In this document: in pieces, positions 12,087-24,096 of the stretch | How the letters are laid out: each line of letters begins with the position of its first letter | Position numbering within the stretch: the first letter of the stretch is position 1 | Source: Catajapyx aquilonaris | Lineage: Eukaryota | Assembly: GCA_000934665.2 (NCBI GenBank) | Contig: KZ538052.1 | Location: 1 to 64,000, forward strand | DNA: 64,000 nt | Reading direction: 5' to 3' | The notes under the pieces: generated by a model | Database searches by the model: none | Told to the model about the DNA's origin: nothing | Seen by the model: the letters and a program-made list of their open reading frames with translations, nothing else | Position numbers and translations under genes: made by a program

Positions 12087-12588
12087 TGTATAATTAAGGA
12101 TTAAGTGAGATCGCTTCGCTCGAGGGTTGATCGCCTGTTTGACCGCCGCAGAGAGCTTCACCAGCCTGCCGAGACCCGAGAGTTCGCGCTGTCATCATCT
12201 GACTATCTATTGGCGCGACTATTTCCCATGGCTGCTAAAGAGAGGGAGGTATCGGCCGGCACAAAATTGTTTCATTGCCTTCATTTCCGGTCATTATGAC
12301 ACTTGTGACGCACACCATAGGTACGACGAATACTACGGGACATATATTACAAGCCTTGGTTGGCCTTGCCATCACCGCCGAGTCTACCTGAAGCCCCCAA
12401 ATATTCAAAGTCTACTTATTGGCGCCAAACGCGGTGCCAGGTGCACGCTGTGTATAGCATGCTCTCAACTACCGGTATGTCAAAAATTTCGGTGTTGTTT
12501 CTGTTTGTAGTTTGCGTGTAACGAGCACTGTGAAGGAAATAAAGTACGTCTTCAAAATGTTCTTTCATTTATTTCCCTCACCTTGTCA
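12087..12588 (+). mobile_element. Unclassified ~500 bp GC-richer insertion, possibly a solo LTR
   Basis: Absent from the equivalent copy 5-copy 6 interval. It has TG...CA ends, imperfect flanks agcaa/tgcaa and AATAAA ~45 bp before the end. No coding homology recognised. Confidence 0.3.
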
Positions 12589-13271
12589 TGCAATTCCTAG
12601 TAATGCATGCATGCAATCGTGCATGCAAGAAGGTCTGCGTCTGACTTGGGTCTAGTGACTAGTTCCAACTGTTCAAGCTTTTGTTGTCTACATATCCTCC
12701 TGACCCTCTCTTGTCCTCTCCATGCCTTTTGCCTCTGAATTATGACCTCCTCGCTCGCTTTTAATTTTTACTGGACTCTGGACATACATATTAATTAATT
12801 AATTAATTAATTAATTTTTCCTTTTGAAATGCTGTAATAAATAACTTCAGTTGCGAAAATGGCGAATAAAATTGGTGGGATAATTACCACGATGGCCTTA
12901 TTGCACATATTGCAACTGGCTAAAAATTAAGCAACTCACCGTCTTATCCTTTCGAAACACATAATCTCACACCCTAGCCAGAATAAACTATTGAGCACGA
13001 TATAACCCTCCGTTTTTTTTCCACATTTGTGGGAAGTTTCTTATAATTTGCCCCAATCCTGGAAACCTTGAGATGATGTAAGATAAAAATAATTATACTC
13101 AAAGTGATGTGTTACAGGTACCCATTGCGGCAATATTCCTACAATTCGCATTATGCAATGTACTAACTGAGAGCATCGGGTAATATATAGCAAAGATTCG
13201 CTTATATAAAGGATATCTCTTTGAATCGGAAGCATTGTATTAGTTAATATCTCTCATACCACACGGTTGGG

Positions 13272-15655
13272 ATGTACTACGCCACTCTGTGCTTGAGCCT
13301 GGTAAAGGTCATCGTCAATGCCCTTAGCTGGGTCATCTTTGGTCTCCCTTTACTACTGCTCTCACTGCCATTTTGGGTCACATCGCGAGTAGTGGTATGG
13401 ATGCGATTCGGAAACCAACTCAAGCGGCAACTGAATGGTATGGAGAGCAATTTTGTGACCATCGACGAAGCCAAAATGGGAGCAATGGCTGGATTCTCTG
13501 TGCTTTCCGGCCCCTACGTGGATTTGACCAAACACTTGGACAATAATATATTAGCGCAGTGTACCAGAGACTATCCTGAAGTGCCAATGACGTCTCGTCC
13601 CGAAAGGATCCTGAACTACTACTACTGGAGACAGGTGGACAACTTCAAGGGGATATACCACTTGCTAGAGGGTGCGGATCCCGAGAAGACCTACACTTAC
13701 TCGGAGGTGACGCGGATGTACGTGGACAACGTGCATTGCTCTCCTTTTGCCAAGGATAAGCAATTGGCGGACGTTCACTACGTACCCAAATGTGTGATGG
13801 ATGACCAGGCGGGGAAGCCAGACGCGGAGACCAAGTTTGTCTACATCTTCAGGGCCAGCCACAGCATGATGGATGGTATTGCGGCCTATAAGGTGTTAAA
13901 GAGGTAGTCCATCATTATCGTCGTTATGATTAATACTGCGTTTGACGATAATGTATAGTTATTTTTTAGTATGTCACTAAAATTAGGGCGACTTCTTCAA
14001 GTGATCAGAGACTACTTAACAATATGATCTGATTCTCTCACAATCACTAGTTAGAGAGAGTGACACAAAAGGTCTTCCACATACACTTCTACAACGAAGC
14101 AATTGTGAAGGATGGGAGAAATGCCGATGAGTTCATCTTGTCCCCTCCGTTTCAGATATCTGGTAGACCAAACCTATACATACGACGCGATTCCACAGCT
14201 CCCAAAAATATCTCCTTGGCTCATGTTACCCCTTCACGCGGCGGCAATATTCAACATCCCTTCCACATTCAATCCTCTCGTGATCAGAAGATTGTGGAAC
14301 AACAATCGACTACCTCGACTGAGTGGGAAGAAATTTTTCTGCGCTGCCACTCTGGATATCGAAATGATCCGATTCATTCACAAACGAGCTGGATGCAACT
14401 TTTCCGACGTTATCCTCTCTTCTATCGGAACAACACTACAAAAATACTACAGCAAGCAGAAGTTTCCTCCGAACATCATTCGTTGTGCAATGCCCTTAGC
14501 ATACCCTTCATCTGATGAGGATATCCTGACACACAACTACACTTTTGTGACCGTCCCATTCTCGGGGAAGAAGATGGATCCTGTGGAGCGACTGAGACAC
14601 ACCCAACGAATGGTCACGAGAATGAAGATGTCTTTGGAAGCCCTGTCTGTGTACTGGGGTCTCAGAATCCTGGGATACCTGCTTCCTTCCTTCATCTTTC
14701 ATAATATGGCCAGTTATACTGATTTTCGCGCATATATCAGTTACATTCCCGGAAGAGGACCCCAACTCTCCCACAAAGGGAGATTAATTGACAGTATTGG
14801 CTTTACTACAATTCATCAAGGCAGGACAGGTGAGTGACAGCACTGAGTCCATATTGCAGTGATCCAATTGGGAAATTGGCGAACTACATGAAGCAAAACA
14901 TAAGTAAACCACCTTCAGGCAATATAAATCACTAGAAGTGATATTCAGTCTGATCAGCATCTTGGTCTAATTAAGTTCGTCATGGTTGACGATGGTCTAT
15001 GAATGTCATTAGATGATGCCGAAGTATCGTCCACAAATTTGAAGTTAAGTGAAATCTACTTACAATACTTTCATGGTAAGAACATTGGGTGGAATTTTCG
15101 TCCCACTGATAGTTACTGCTAACTAAGCAGTACTATTGCCATCACTGGTACTGCAAGTTAGCAGTAACTATCAGTGAGACGAAAATTCCACCCATTCGTT
15201 TATTATCTCGTTATAATTGGCCATTATCACTCTCTTATATTCGGTATATTTCAAATCCAAAGTTACAAAGAACTCTTTCTGTCAACCAGATATTTGCAGC
15301 TAATATTTTTTACCTTCTGAACGTAACCGTTATAAACTATGCGCTAAGCAACATGCAGCCAACTTGTAAGTCGAACATTCTGATAACAGAAACGGGTCAG
15401 TTCCATTCTAACACTCGGATATGAAGAAGAGTCAGTTTGTAATTGACTTCGTCATAAATTGCTTTCTACTTCGCAGGTATCGCGATTACTGCAAATACAT
15501 ATCTGAAGAAAATGACGGTCAATTTCTTAGTGGACGCAGCTCTGGTCAAAGACAGAAGTAAAGTGCAAGACATGGCTGACACTTTCCTTGAGAACACTCT
15601 TCAGCTAGCCAATATCTTCGGGTACAATGATGAAAAAGACAAAAATATTTTGTAG
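13272..15655 (+). CDS. WS/DGAT-family acyltransferase copy 4 (divergent sub-type B), 494 aa (exons 13272-13903, 14156-14829, 15477-15655)
   Basis: SHSMMDG motif and an open spliced frame ending DEKDKNIL*. Distinct introns, canonical AG|GTGAGT donor at intron 2, and a divergent exon 2 start (STFNPLVIRRLWNNNRLPRLSGKKF). Confidence 0.85.
15086..15194. repeat. ~110 bp near-perfect hairpin (MITE-like) in intron 2 of copy 4; second copy at 21470-21580
   Basis: tgggtggaattttcgtcccactgatagttactgctaact pairs with agttagcagtaactatcagtgagacgaaaattccaccca. Confidence 0.8.
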
Positions 15656-16328
15656 AGACCACTGTTAATCTTCTTTACATCAGAACTAGACCGGATGTGA
15701 AAAACTATATCTTTTACAATACTGGAATAAAATCTTTGCTTCCAACGTGAATGACCAACATGTAAGTAATCCTAAGCCTTGGTCATGAGCTGTATTACTA
15801 ATCAATGTTCGTTGTAAAAGTAAATGGACCATTCACGAACATACTACATTGTACTCCTGATTATCCGGGCTAATGACTGCACATGTAATGCCATAAAGTA
15901 CCTCTAAAGTTCAGCGTAGTCCGGTAGGGTCGCCACATACCTGGGGAGTGAAATGTCTCATGGCGCTCTCAAGTGAGCACCTTCCGCAAAACGCCCCGGT
16001 AGGGGGTAGGTGGGAGTGTCCAGACCTGAGTATTCTATGACCATGGGCGCAAAGATCGCGTGACACATATTCGAACGCACCCGCCGGCCCGAGCCAGCTC
16101 GAAGTACAGCCGATTCTTACTTGCGACGTTGCCAACTTGCCGGCCTTCACCCTCCACTCCACTCCACCCCGTCCACTTTCGGTCGGACGTTTCGAAAGTC
16201 CTTCCCAATTTTTGCAATACATGTACTACATTGCCTTCATTGCATTAGGCATGATCACTAAATGCAATATTAATAAATTATATGTAAAAAGGGTTCCACA
16301 GTCATTTAGTTCATAAAGATGTAGCTTT

Positions 16329-16482
16329 GAAGGAAGGAAGCGGCTGTGGCCTATTTTTACGGAAACTACCCCAGAATTGTCCTGGAGGGGACCATGGAAA
16401 ACCACACAAAACCATGGTCAGGGTCGCCGGCCCCGGATTCGAACCCAGGACCTCCCGATTAGCAGGCGGGCTCCCTATCCCC
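16329..16482 (-). mobile_element. tRNA-derived SINE, 5' portion
   Basis: Minus strand has B-box GGTTCGAATCC followed by ggtttt..gtggttttcc...ctccaggacaa...ggccacagccgcttccttcc. The last motif recurs at 56215-56240. Confidence 0.75.
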
Positions 16483-17130
16483 TACACCAACCTGCATCGG
16501 TCATATAAGTTCTCCAATGGCCTATATTATGTGATCTTTCACCCAAATATTTTATGTTAAAGAGTTCAATTATAATTTGCGTTAGTAAAACTTCCTGGTT
16601 CCTTAGAAAAAGAGCAACAGTGCCTCTGTCAGTTGACCTGAAGACTGAAGTTGTCACAATTTTTAAATCATAACGACCCACGGTCCAATTATTTTCAAAA
16701 GAGTAGCCTGCATGTAGCAATATTGCAAAGCTCATAAAGGTTGAGCAAAATTGGGAGATGATTGTAATAAGCAACGATGTTTTTTGCACAGATTTCAACT
16801 GGCTTATAATGGGCTTCATTCCTAGAAGCAACTGACCACCCATCTCATCCTTTCAGAACATAACAAAATGAATGAATATCGTCCTTGAATTATCTGGGAT
16901 AAATCTGTCCGTTTTTTCAGTATCGGTAGCTTACCCAATACGTCCTCAAATTAGGCGAGGGAAAATAATTACACTCGAAATGATGTGTTACAGGAATATA
17001 TTGCGGCATTGTTATTGTGCAATTCAGGAACCCAGAGAGTGTGGGGTAATCAATATTCCCTTATATAAACGACATCTCTTGGAATCCCAAGCATTGTATT
17101 AGTTACTATCTCTCATACCACACTGTGGGG

Positions 17131-20100
17131 ATGTACGCCACTCTGTGCTTGGGCCTGGCAAGTGTCATCTTCAACGTCCTTGTATGGGCATTATTTTCTC
17201 TACCTTTCTTACTACTCTCACTGCCATTTTGGGTCACATCGCGAGTCGTGGCATGGATGCGATTCGGAAACCAACTCAAAAGACAACTGAATGGTATGGA
17301 GAGCTATTTTGTGACCATGGACGAAACTAAAATGGGGGCAATGGCTGCATTCGGTGTGCTTCCTGGCACATACGTGGATTTTACGGAATCCTGGCACACT
17401 TCGTTAGTGCAGTGTATGAACGACTATCCCGAAGTGCCAGTGACGTCTCGTCCAGAAAGGATCCTGAACTACTACTATTGGAGACCGGTTGAAAACTTCA
17501 AGGGGGAATCCCGCTTGCTGGAGGGTGTGGATCCCGAGAAGACCTACACTTACTCGGAGGTGATGCGGATGTACGTGGACAACGTGCATTGCTCTCCTTT
17601 TGCCAAGCATGAGCCAATGGGGGACGCTCACTACGTACCCAAATGTGTGATGGATGACGATGCGGGGAAGCCAGACGTGGAGAACAAATATGTCTACATT
17701 GGCAGGGCCAGCCACTGCATGATTGACGGTATTTCGGCCCTTAAGCTGGGGAAAAAGTAAGGAATCACCGTCATCATTATTATGACTGAGTTTGGCGATT
17801 TTGTATTAAGTAATTTTTAATGTGTTGCTAAATCTTATGGTGAATTTAGGAAAAACCTACATGTGATATGAGTTATACCGATCCTCCCTCACGGCCCACC
17901 TTCCCCGTCCTGCTAGTCCCTACTTCTTGTCCAGCTCACCCTCTTCTCCTATAGTCCAGTCAAATGGTTGGTTTTCCCGTAACTAGATTGCGGATTTTTT
18001 TTCTCAGAGGTTCTATATGTTTTTTGAGGTGCTGAATCCGCATTTCAAGTTTTCTGCTTTGTAGGAGGTCGGCTTCACCACGGAAAACGTTAAAAACCGC
18101 AAAGTTTTCACATTTTTTTCAGTTTTTCGCTCATCTCTCGAAGACTATACGTTTTGCGAAGATGCCCACTCTATATAAAATTAAAGTAGACAAACTTTCC
18201 TACAAAATGCACTGGTCAACGTAGATCTTATGACGAGCGGTTTCGGCTCTAGAGCGCGCTGAAAAACAGCGATTTTTTGGCCCTACTGCGAAAACGTGAA
18301 AAAACGCCCACTCCCACCTGTCTATCTCTCATCGGCGCTATACTTTCGATGTAGGCATATTACGCTTAAAAGTGGTTGTTTTGAATGAATAGATGGCAAT
18401 AAAGGAGGAAGTTTGTACATATATTTATTTATTCATTCATTTATTTATTTATCACGCATAATTAAGCCACTTCCCGGGTAAGGAGACCGCTGAAATTTCT
18501 CACGCTCATGTCTTACACATCGGTGACCCCGGGAAAAGTCCCCAAAACCGCACTTTTTTGAGTCTAAAGGCCTCTACACCAAGAGCTACACAAATTAGGC
18601 GGAAGGCTGAGCGGGCGGAAAACGTGCGATTGGGGCGCGGAATGTGAGTGGTGGCAATTCACAAATTCAAGCGGTGGCGCTGCGGGCGGAAAGTGGTGCG
18701 GTGGGAACGTGGGAACCGCTCAAGTCCACCTGGATGGACTTGTGCGATTGCCACCGCTCAGTTCCGCGCCCCAAACCGCGTCCCCAAACGCACTCTTGCC
18801 GCCCGCTCAGGCTTCCTCCGAATTTGTGTAGAGACCTTAAGGGCGGTTTTCAGCGGCCTTCGAGTTGAACAAAAAACTGAAACAAGTGCGAAAATTTTGC
18901 GGTTTTTCACGTTTTCCGTTGTGAAGCCGACCTCCTGCAAGGCAGCAAACTTGAAATTCGGATTCAGTACCCCCCCCCCCCCAACATATAGCACCGTAGA
19001 GAAAAAACTTCCGCAATGATTTTATTTGTTACGAAAACGGCAGTTTTGAACACCGATTGACTGTACTATGACCTCCACAGACTTATCGGGTCTTGACCCG
19101 GTGTCCTTCTTGCAACCCTTTTCCAATCCTCCCCAAGTCATATACCAATACCTTGACCCACAAAGCCATAAATAGGAAGTGGACTGGTTTTTCTCACTAT
19201 CCTTTGCCCTGATCAGGTCCTTCCTTCCTACTCCTTCTCACTGTATTTATGTACAATATTGTAATATACTAGTTATTAGCCAACCCTATTGTACTTCATT
19301 CCCCCTGACTCTCAAAGTAGCCTACCGTCACATATTCTACCAATTCGCGTATATCAGCTTTATCTTTTAGTTTGACAGATCTATGAGTAAATTTTTCTAT
19401 CCTGTGTTTCAGATATGGTGTGGACCAAACCTTCTCTTACGACGCGATTCCACAGCTTCCAACAATATCTCCTTGGCTCATGTTCCTCCTGCACTCGGCG
19501 GCAATATTCAACATCCCTTACACATTTATGCCCAAGTTGTTGAGAAGACTGCTGGACGACCATCTGAATCGACTTCCCCCACTTACTGGCAATAACACCC
19601 TCTGCACTGTGTCTGTGGACATCGAAATGGTCCGATTCATTCGCAAGAATGCTGACTGCAACTTTTCCGATGTCATCCTCTCCTCTATCGGCGCCACACT
19701 GCAAGAGTACTACAGCACGAAGAAGTTTCCTCCCAGCATCATTCGGTGTGGAATGCCCTTAGCATATCCTTCATCTGATGAGGACATCATGATACACAAC
19801 TACACTTTTGTGACCATCCCATTTTCTGGGAAGAAGATGGATGCTCTGGAGCGACTGAGAGACACCCAACGGATGATCAAGGGAATGATTATGTCTTTGG
19901 AAGCACTGTCGGTGTACTGGGGTCTCAGAATCCTGGGATTCCTTCTTCCCTCCTTCATCTTTCATGCATTCGCTAGTTACCTGGATTGTTACGCAATTGT
20001 CAGTTACATTCCCGGAAGAGGACCGCAAATTTCCCACAAAGGGAGCTTAATCAACGATATGAACTTTACTACAATTCATCAAGATAAGGCAGGCAAGTAT

Positions 20101-20410
20101 GGTGACACACGATTACATTTCGCTAGTGCAGAGAGTACTGTCAATGACAAAAACGGTCGCGTAATCCTCCTTTACACTACATGTACTGTACATGTTCCCC
20201 ATAAATTGAGCATTAAGAATTTTTCAATATTTTCCAGGCATTACCATTAGCGCGTCAACATATTTGAAGACAATGAAGGTCAATTTCCTCGTTGACCATG
20301 CTCTGGTTGGAGCCAGAAGCGAAGTGAAAGACATGGCCGACACTTTCCTCAACAATGTTGTTCAGCTAGCCAACATCTTCGGATACAATGAAGAAAAAAA
20401 GAGTCGTTAA
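17131..20410 (+). CDS. WS/DGAT-family acyltransferase copy 5, 492 aa (exons 17131-17756, 19413-20092, 20238-20410)
   Basis: Motif SHCMIDG and an open spliced frame. Intron 1 is expanded by ~1.46 kb of insertions and intron 2 is GC-AG. Confidence 0.85.
17951..19069. mobile_element. Non-autonomous DNA transposon with ~190 bp imperfect inverted arms, inside a larger insertion (~17880-19340) in intron 1 of copy 5
   Basis: Termini atagtccagtcaa / ttgactgtactat. 18030-18140 is the imperfect reverse complement of 18860-18970. An extra internal hairpin lies at 18586-18832. Confidence 0.75.
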
Positions 20411-20575
20411 ATGAACTGTCGGGAATTTTCTTTGCACAAAAATAAAGAAGCTATAACAACATGACATTTCCCACACACATTTAATTTTTCATTGCTTTCC
20501 TGTGGCACATAATTATTAAGAGAATATTTTAAATCGGGCTCTTATTTACTTATTTTTATTAGGAACAGTCAGAAT

Positions 20576-20578
<3 letters not shown>

Positions 20579-20662
<84 letters not shown>
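20579..20662. repeat. (AT)42 microsatellite
   Basis: Pure AT run at a site that reads aaattatagc in the other copies. Confidence 0.95.
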
Positions 20663-20664
<2 letters not shown>

Positions 20665-21182
20665 CTATCTTTTCCGGTACTTATCACGGAATATTTCCTT
20701 TGAAAATGAAACAAAAATTCTTCCCTCTCTCACAGAATAATGTACTGTACTGCAATAGCCAAAAACATACATACCGGTACGTACAAGTTTCTTCCGCCCC
20801 TAAAATTCAACATAACTAAGAGTGGCTCGCATATACTGTAGGAGTGATAAATTATTGCGCACATTGCAACTAGCTAAAAATTGGCTTTGTTGTTAAGCAA
20901 CTCACCGTCTTATCCTTTCGAAACACACACACAAAAAAATCCGCACACCTTAGCCAGAATAAACTATCGAGCACGATACAACCTTCAGCTTTTTTCAACA
21001 TTTGTCCCAATCATGGATCCCCTAAGATGATGCAAGGAAAAGTAATTATACTCAGAGTGATGTGTTACATGTACATATTGCGGCAATATTCTACAATGCC
21101 CATTGTGCAATTTACAAACTGCGAGCGTCGGGTAATCTATAGCAAAAATTCTCATAGAAAGGATCGCTCCTTGACTCACTAT

Positions 21183-22086
21183 ACAGTATTGGGTTTACTA
21201 CAGTTCATCAAGGCAGGACAGGTGAGTGACAGCACTGAGTCCATATTGCAGTATCCAATTGGGAAATTGGCGAACTACATGTAGCAAAATATAAGTAAAC
21301 CACCTTCAGGCAATATAAATCACAAGAAGTGAAATTCAGTCTGATCATCTTGGTCTAATTCAGTTCGTTATGGTTGACCACGGTCTATGAATGTCATTAG
21401 ATGGTGCCGAAGTCTCGTCAGCAAATTTGAAGTCCAATCAAGTTACAATACTTTCATGGGAAAAAACATTGGGTGGAATTTTCGTCCCACTGATAGTTAC
21501 TGCTAACTTAGCAGTACTATTGCCATCACTTGGTACTGCTAAGTTAGCAGTAACTATCAGTGAGACGAAAATTCTACCCATTCATTTATTATCTCGTTCT
21601 AATTGGCCATTATCACCCTCTTATATTCGGTATATTTCAAATCCAAACTTACAAAGAACTCTTTCTGTCAACCAGATATTTGCAGCTAATATTTTTCACC
21701 TTCTGAACGTAACCGTTATAAACTATGCGCTAAGCAACATGCAGCCAACTTGTAAGTCGAACATTTTCATAACAGAGACGGGTCAGTTCCATTCTAACAC
21801 TCGGATATGAAGAAGAGTCAGTTTGTAATTGACTTCGTCATAAATTGCTTTCTACTTTGTAGGTATCGCGATTACTGCAATGACATATCTGAAGAAAATG
21901 ACGGTCAACTTCCTAGTGGACGCAGCTCTGGTCAAAGACAGAAGTGAAGTGCAAGACATGGCTGACACTTTCCTTGAGAACACTCTTCAGCTAGCCGACA
22001 TCTTCGGATATAATGATGAAAAAAAACAAAGATACTTGATGAGACCACTGTTAATCTTCTTTACATCAGAACTAAACCTGATGTGA
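21183..22086 (+). pseudogene. Internally deleted sub-type B copy (copy 6): end of exon 2, intron 2 and exon 3 only
   Basis: Upstream region 20850-21170 matches the copy 4 promoter, then jumps to cagtattgggtttactacagttcatcaaggcaggacag|gtgagt. Intron 2 and exon 3 (from 21863) match copy 4, with an altered, extended C-terminus. Confidence 0.85.
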
Positions 22087-23174
22087 AAAACATCTTTTAC
22101 AATACTCTAATTAGGCTAATAAAATCCTTGCGTACAATGTGAGTGACCAACATATAAGTGATCCTAAGCCTTGGTCAAGAGCTGTATTACCAATCAATGT
22201 TCGTTGTAAAAATGGACCATTCAAGAACATAATACACTGTAGGGGTACTCGGGTCATTGTCATTTTTTGGCGCAAATCCAGATATTTATTACATGCAGTG
22301 AAATAGGATTTACGAAGGTAACATACGTGACAGGCAGAAAAAATACGCAGCAACCTTGAGAGAAAACAGGGCCCGCCTCCTCCTTGTCCAGCACTCATGG
22401 TCTGTTACAGCCGATTACGCCGGCCATATATGGACGTATGCCGGGACCGGCCTTTAAAGTATGTTAATAGCCGAGGCTATTATATCCGAATTCAATTGTA
22501 ATAAAACCATCCACACATTTTTAGCTTGTGTTCATTCTGCAACATCATTACCGTAATATATGCACTGACACTTACCTTCAACAGCCTTTGGAATGGTCAC
22601 CTCTGCTTCTTACGCGCACACTATGAAATATTTGACCCCATTATTCTCACGCAACTGAAGAGGACACTCCCGACTCACTCCTCCAACTGAACTCAGTTGC
22701 CAGAGTGGATGGCTAGGGACGCATTTTACACCAGGTCATATGGTAGTAATATTGGTTTCAAGCCAAAGTTTCATTTTAGTTGCGGTAACTTGGGGCAATT
22801 GACGGACAAAATGAACTCCGACCTACCTTACTACCTTATCATTCTTATCGCAGATACTGTCAGCATATCAGTAAAAATCAGGTGAATAACAAATGTGCTG
22901 ATGTCATGGTGTAACGTAACAGGTGTAAGTTAGTGCAAAATACAATAATATACCCTCCCTTATCACAACACTAATGCCAACGACCTTTACTTAGTGATAC
23001 TAATTGCGATATCCTCCATTAGTTGTCACCAACTCATCACATTTTGGCAGAACCTCAGTGACATGATAATAGTAAAAAACCCGACAGTGGTTTCTTATTG
23101 ATAACCAGTAAAAATATTTGCAATAGAAAGGATAAGAGAATGATGCGGGTGTTCTTCAGGTGAACAGTACGATA

Positions 23175-24013
23175 ATGGGGGCTAAGGTGGAAGAAGCGTT
23201 GGAGTTGACCGGAGGATTCGGACGATGGCACTGGGCCATCATCTTCATCGCGGCTGTTCCGGGGCTCTTCTTCAACGCCAACAAGGTCGGAATGATGTTT
23301 GTTGCGGGCATACCTGACCACTGGTGTTATGTTCCGCAGTTAAGGGAAGCCAACTGGACCACGGAGGATATCAAAGCAGTGGCCATACCCAAGTACGTAC
23401 ACAAGATATCAGAAGTTTCAAATAGCTAAGAGGTCAATCTAAACAGGGATATGTACAAAGGCGAAATGAGGTACAGCCAGTGCTACATGTATCGGAGAAA
23501 CTACACATCCGTAGCTGGTATGGATCCACACCATGCTGAGTTGAACGACACAACCATAGAGCCTTGTAGCCACTGGGAGTTTGACACTAGCACATTCACA
23601 TCTACTATAGTCACAGAAGTAAGTCTATAGTTGTTTGCAAAAAAAGCACGAGTACAATCATGTACCTTCTATATATTAGTGGGAGTTGGTGTGTGATCGC
23701 CTGCACACTCTCTCGACAATCCATAGTGCAAACGACATTGGACTTCTTGTCGGCTCGCTTATCAGTGGTCCGCTGTCAGACAGGTAAGATTATTGGCTGT
23801 CTCAATCAATTGGTACAACCATTGTTAAGATATTCATACACTACTCTCAGTATTTCAGATTCGGAAGGAGGACATGCGCTGTGGGAGCAGCTTCTCTTAT
23901 AATAGTTGCGCTGATCATTAATTTATTCTCCGTAAATGCACTAATGATGTTCATTCTCCGAATTGTGCAAGGATTTTGTACTTTCACCATGTATTCCTCC
24001 TCATATGCTTTAG

Positions 24014-24096
<83 letters not shown>

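Noticed and set aside
5748..20410. Recent horizontal transfer or bacterial contamination as the origin of the WS/DGAT genes
   Set aside because: The genes have spliceosomal introns, TATA boxes and host transposons and are contiguous with animal genes. Ancient transfer cannot be judged without a phylogeny.
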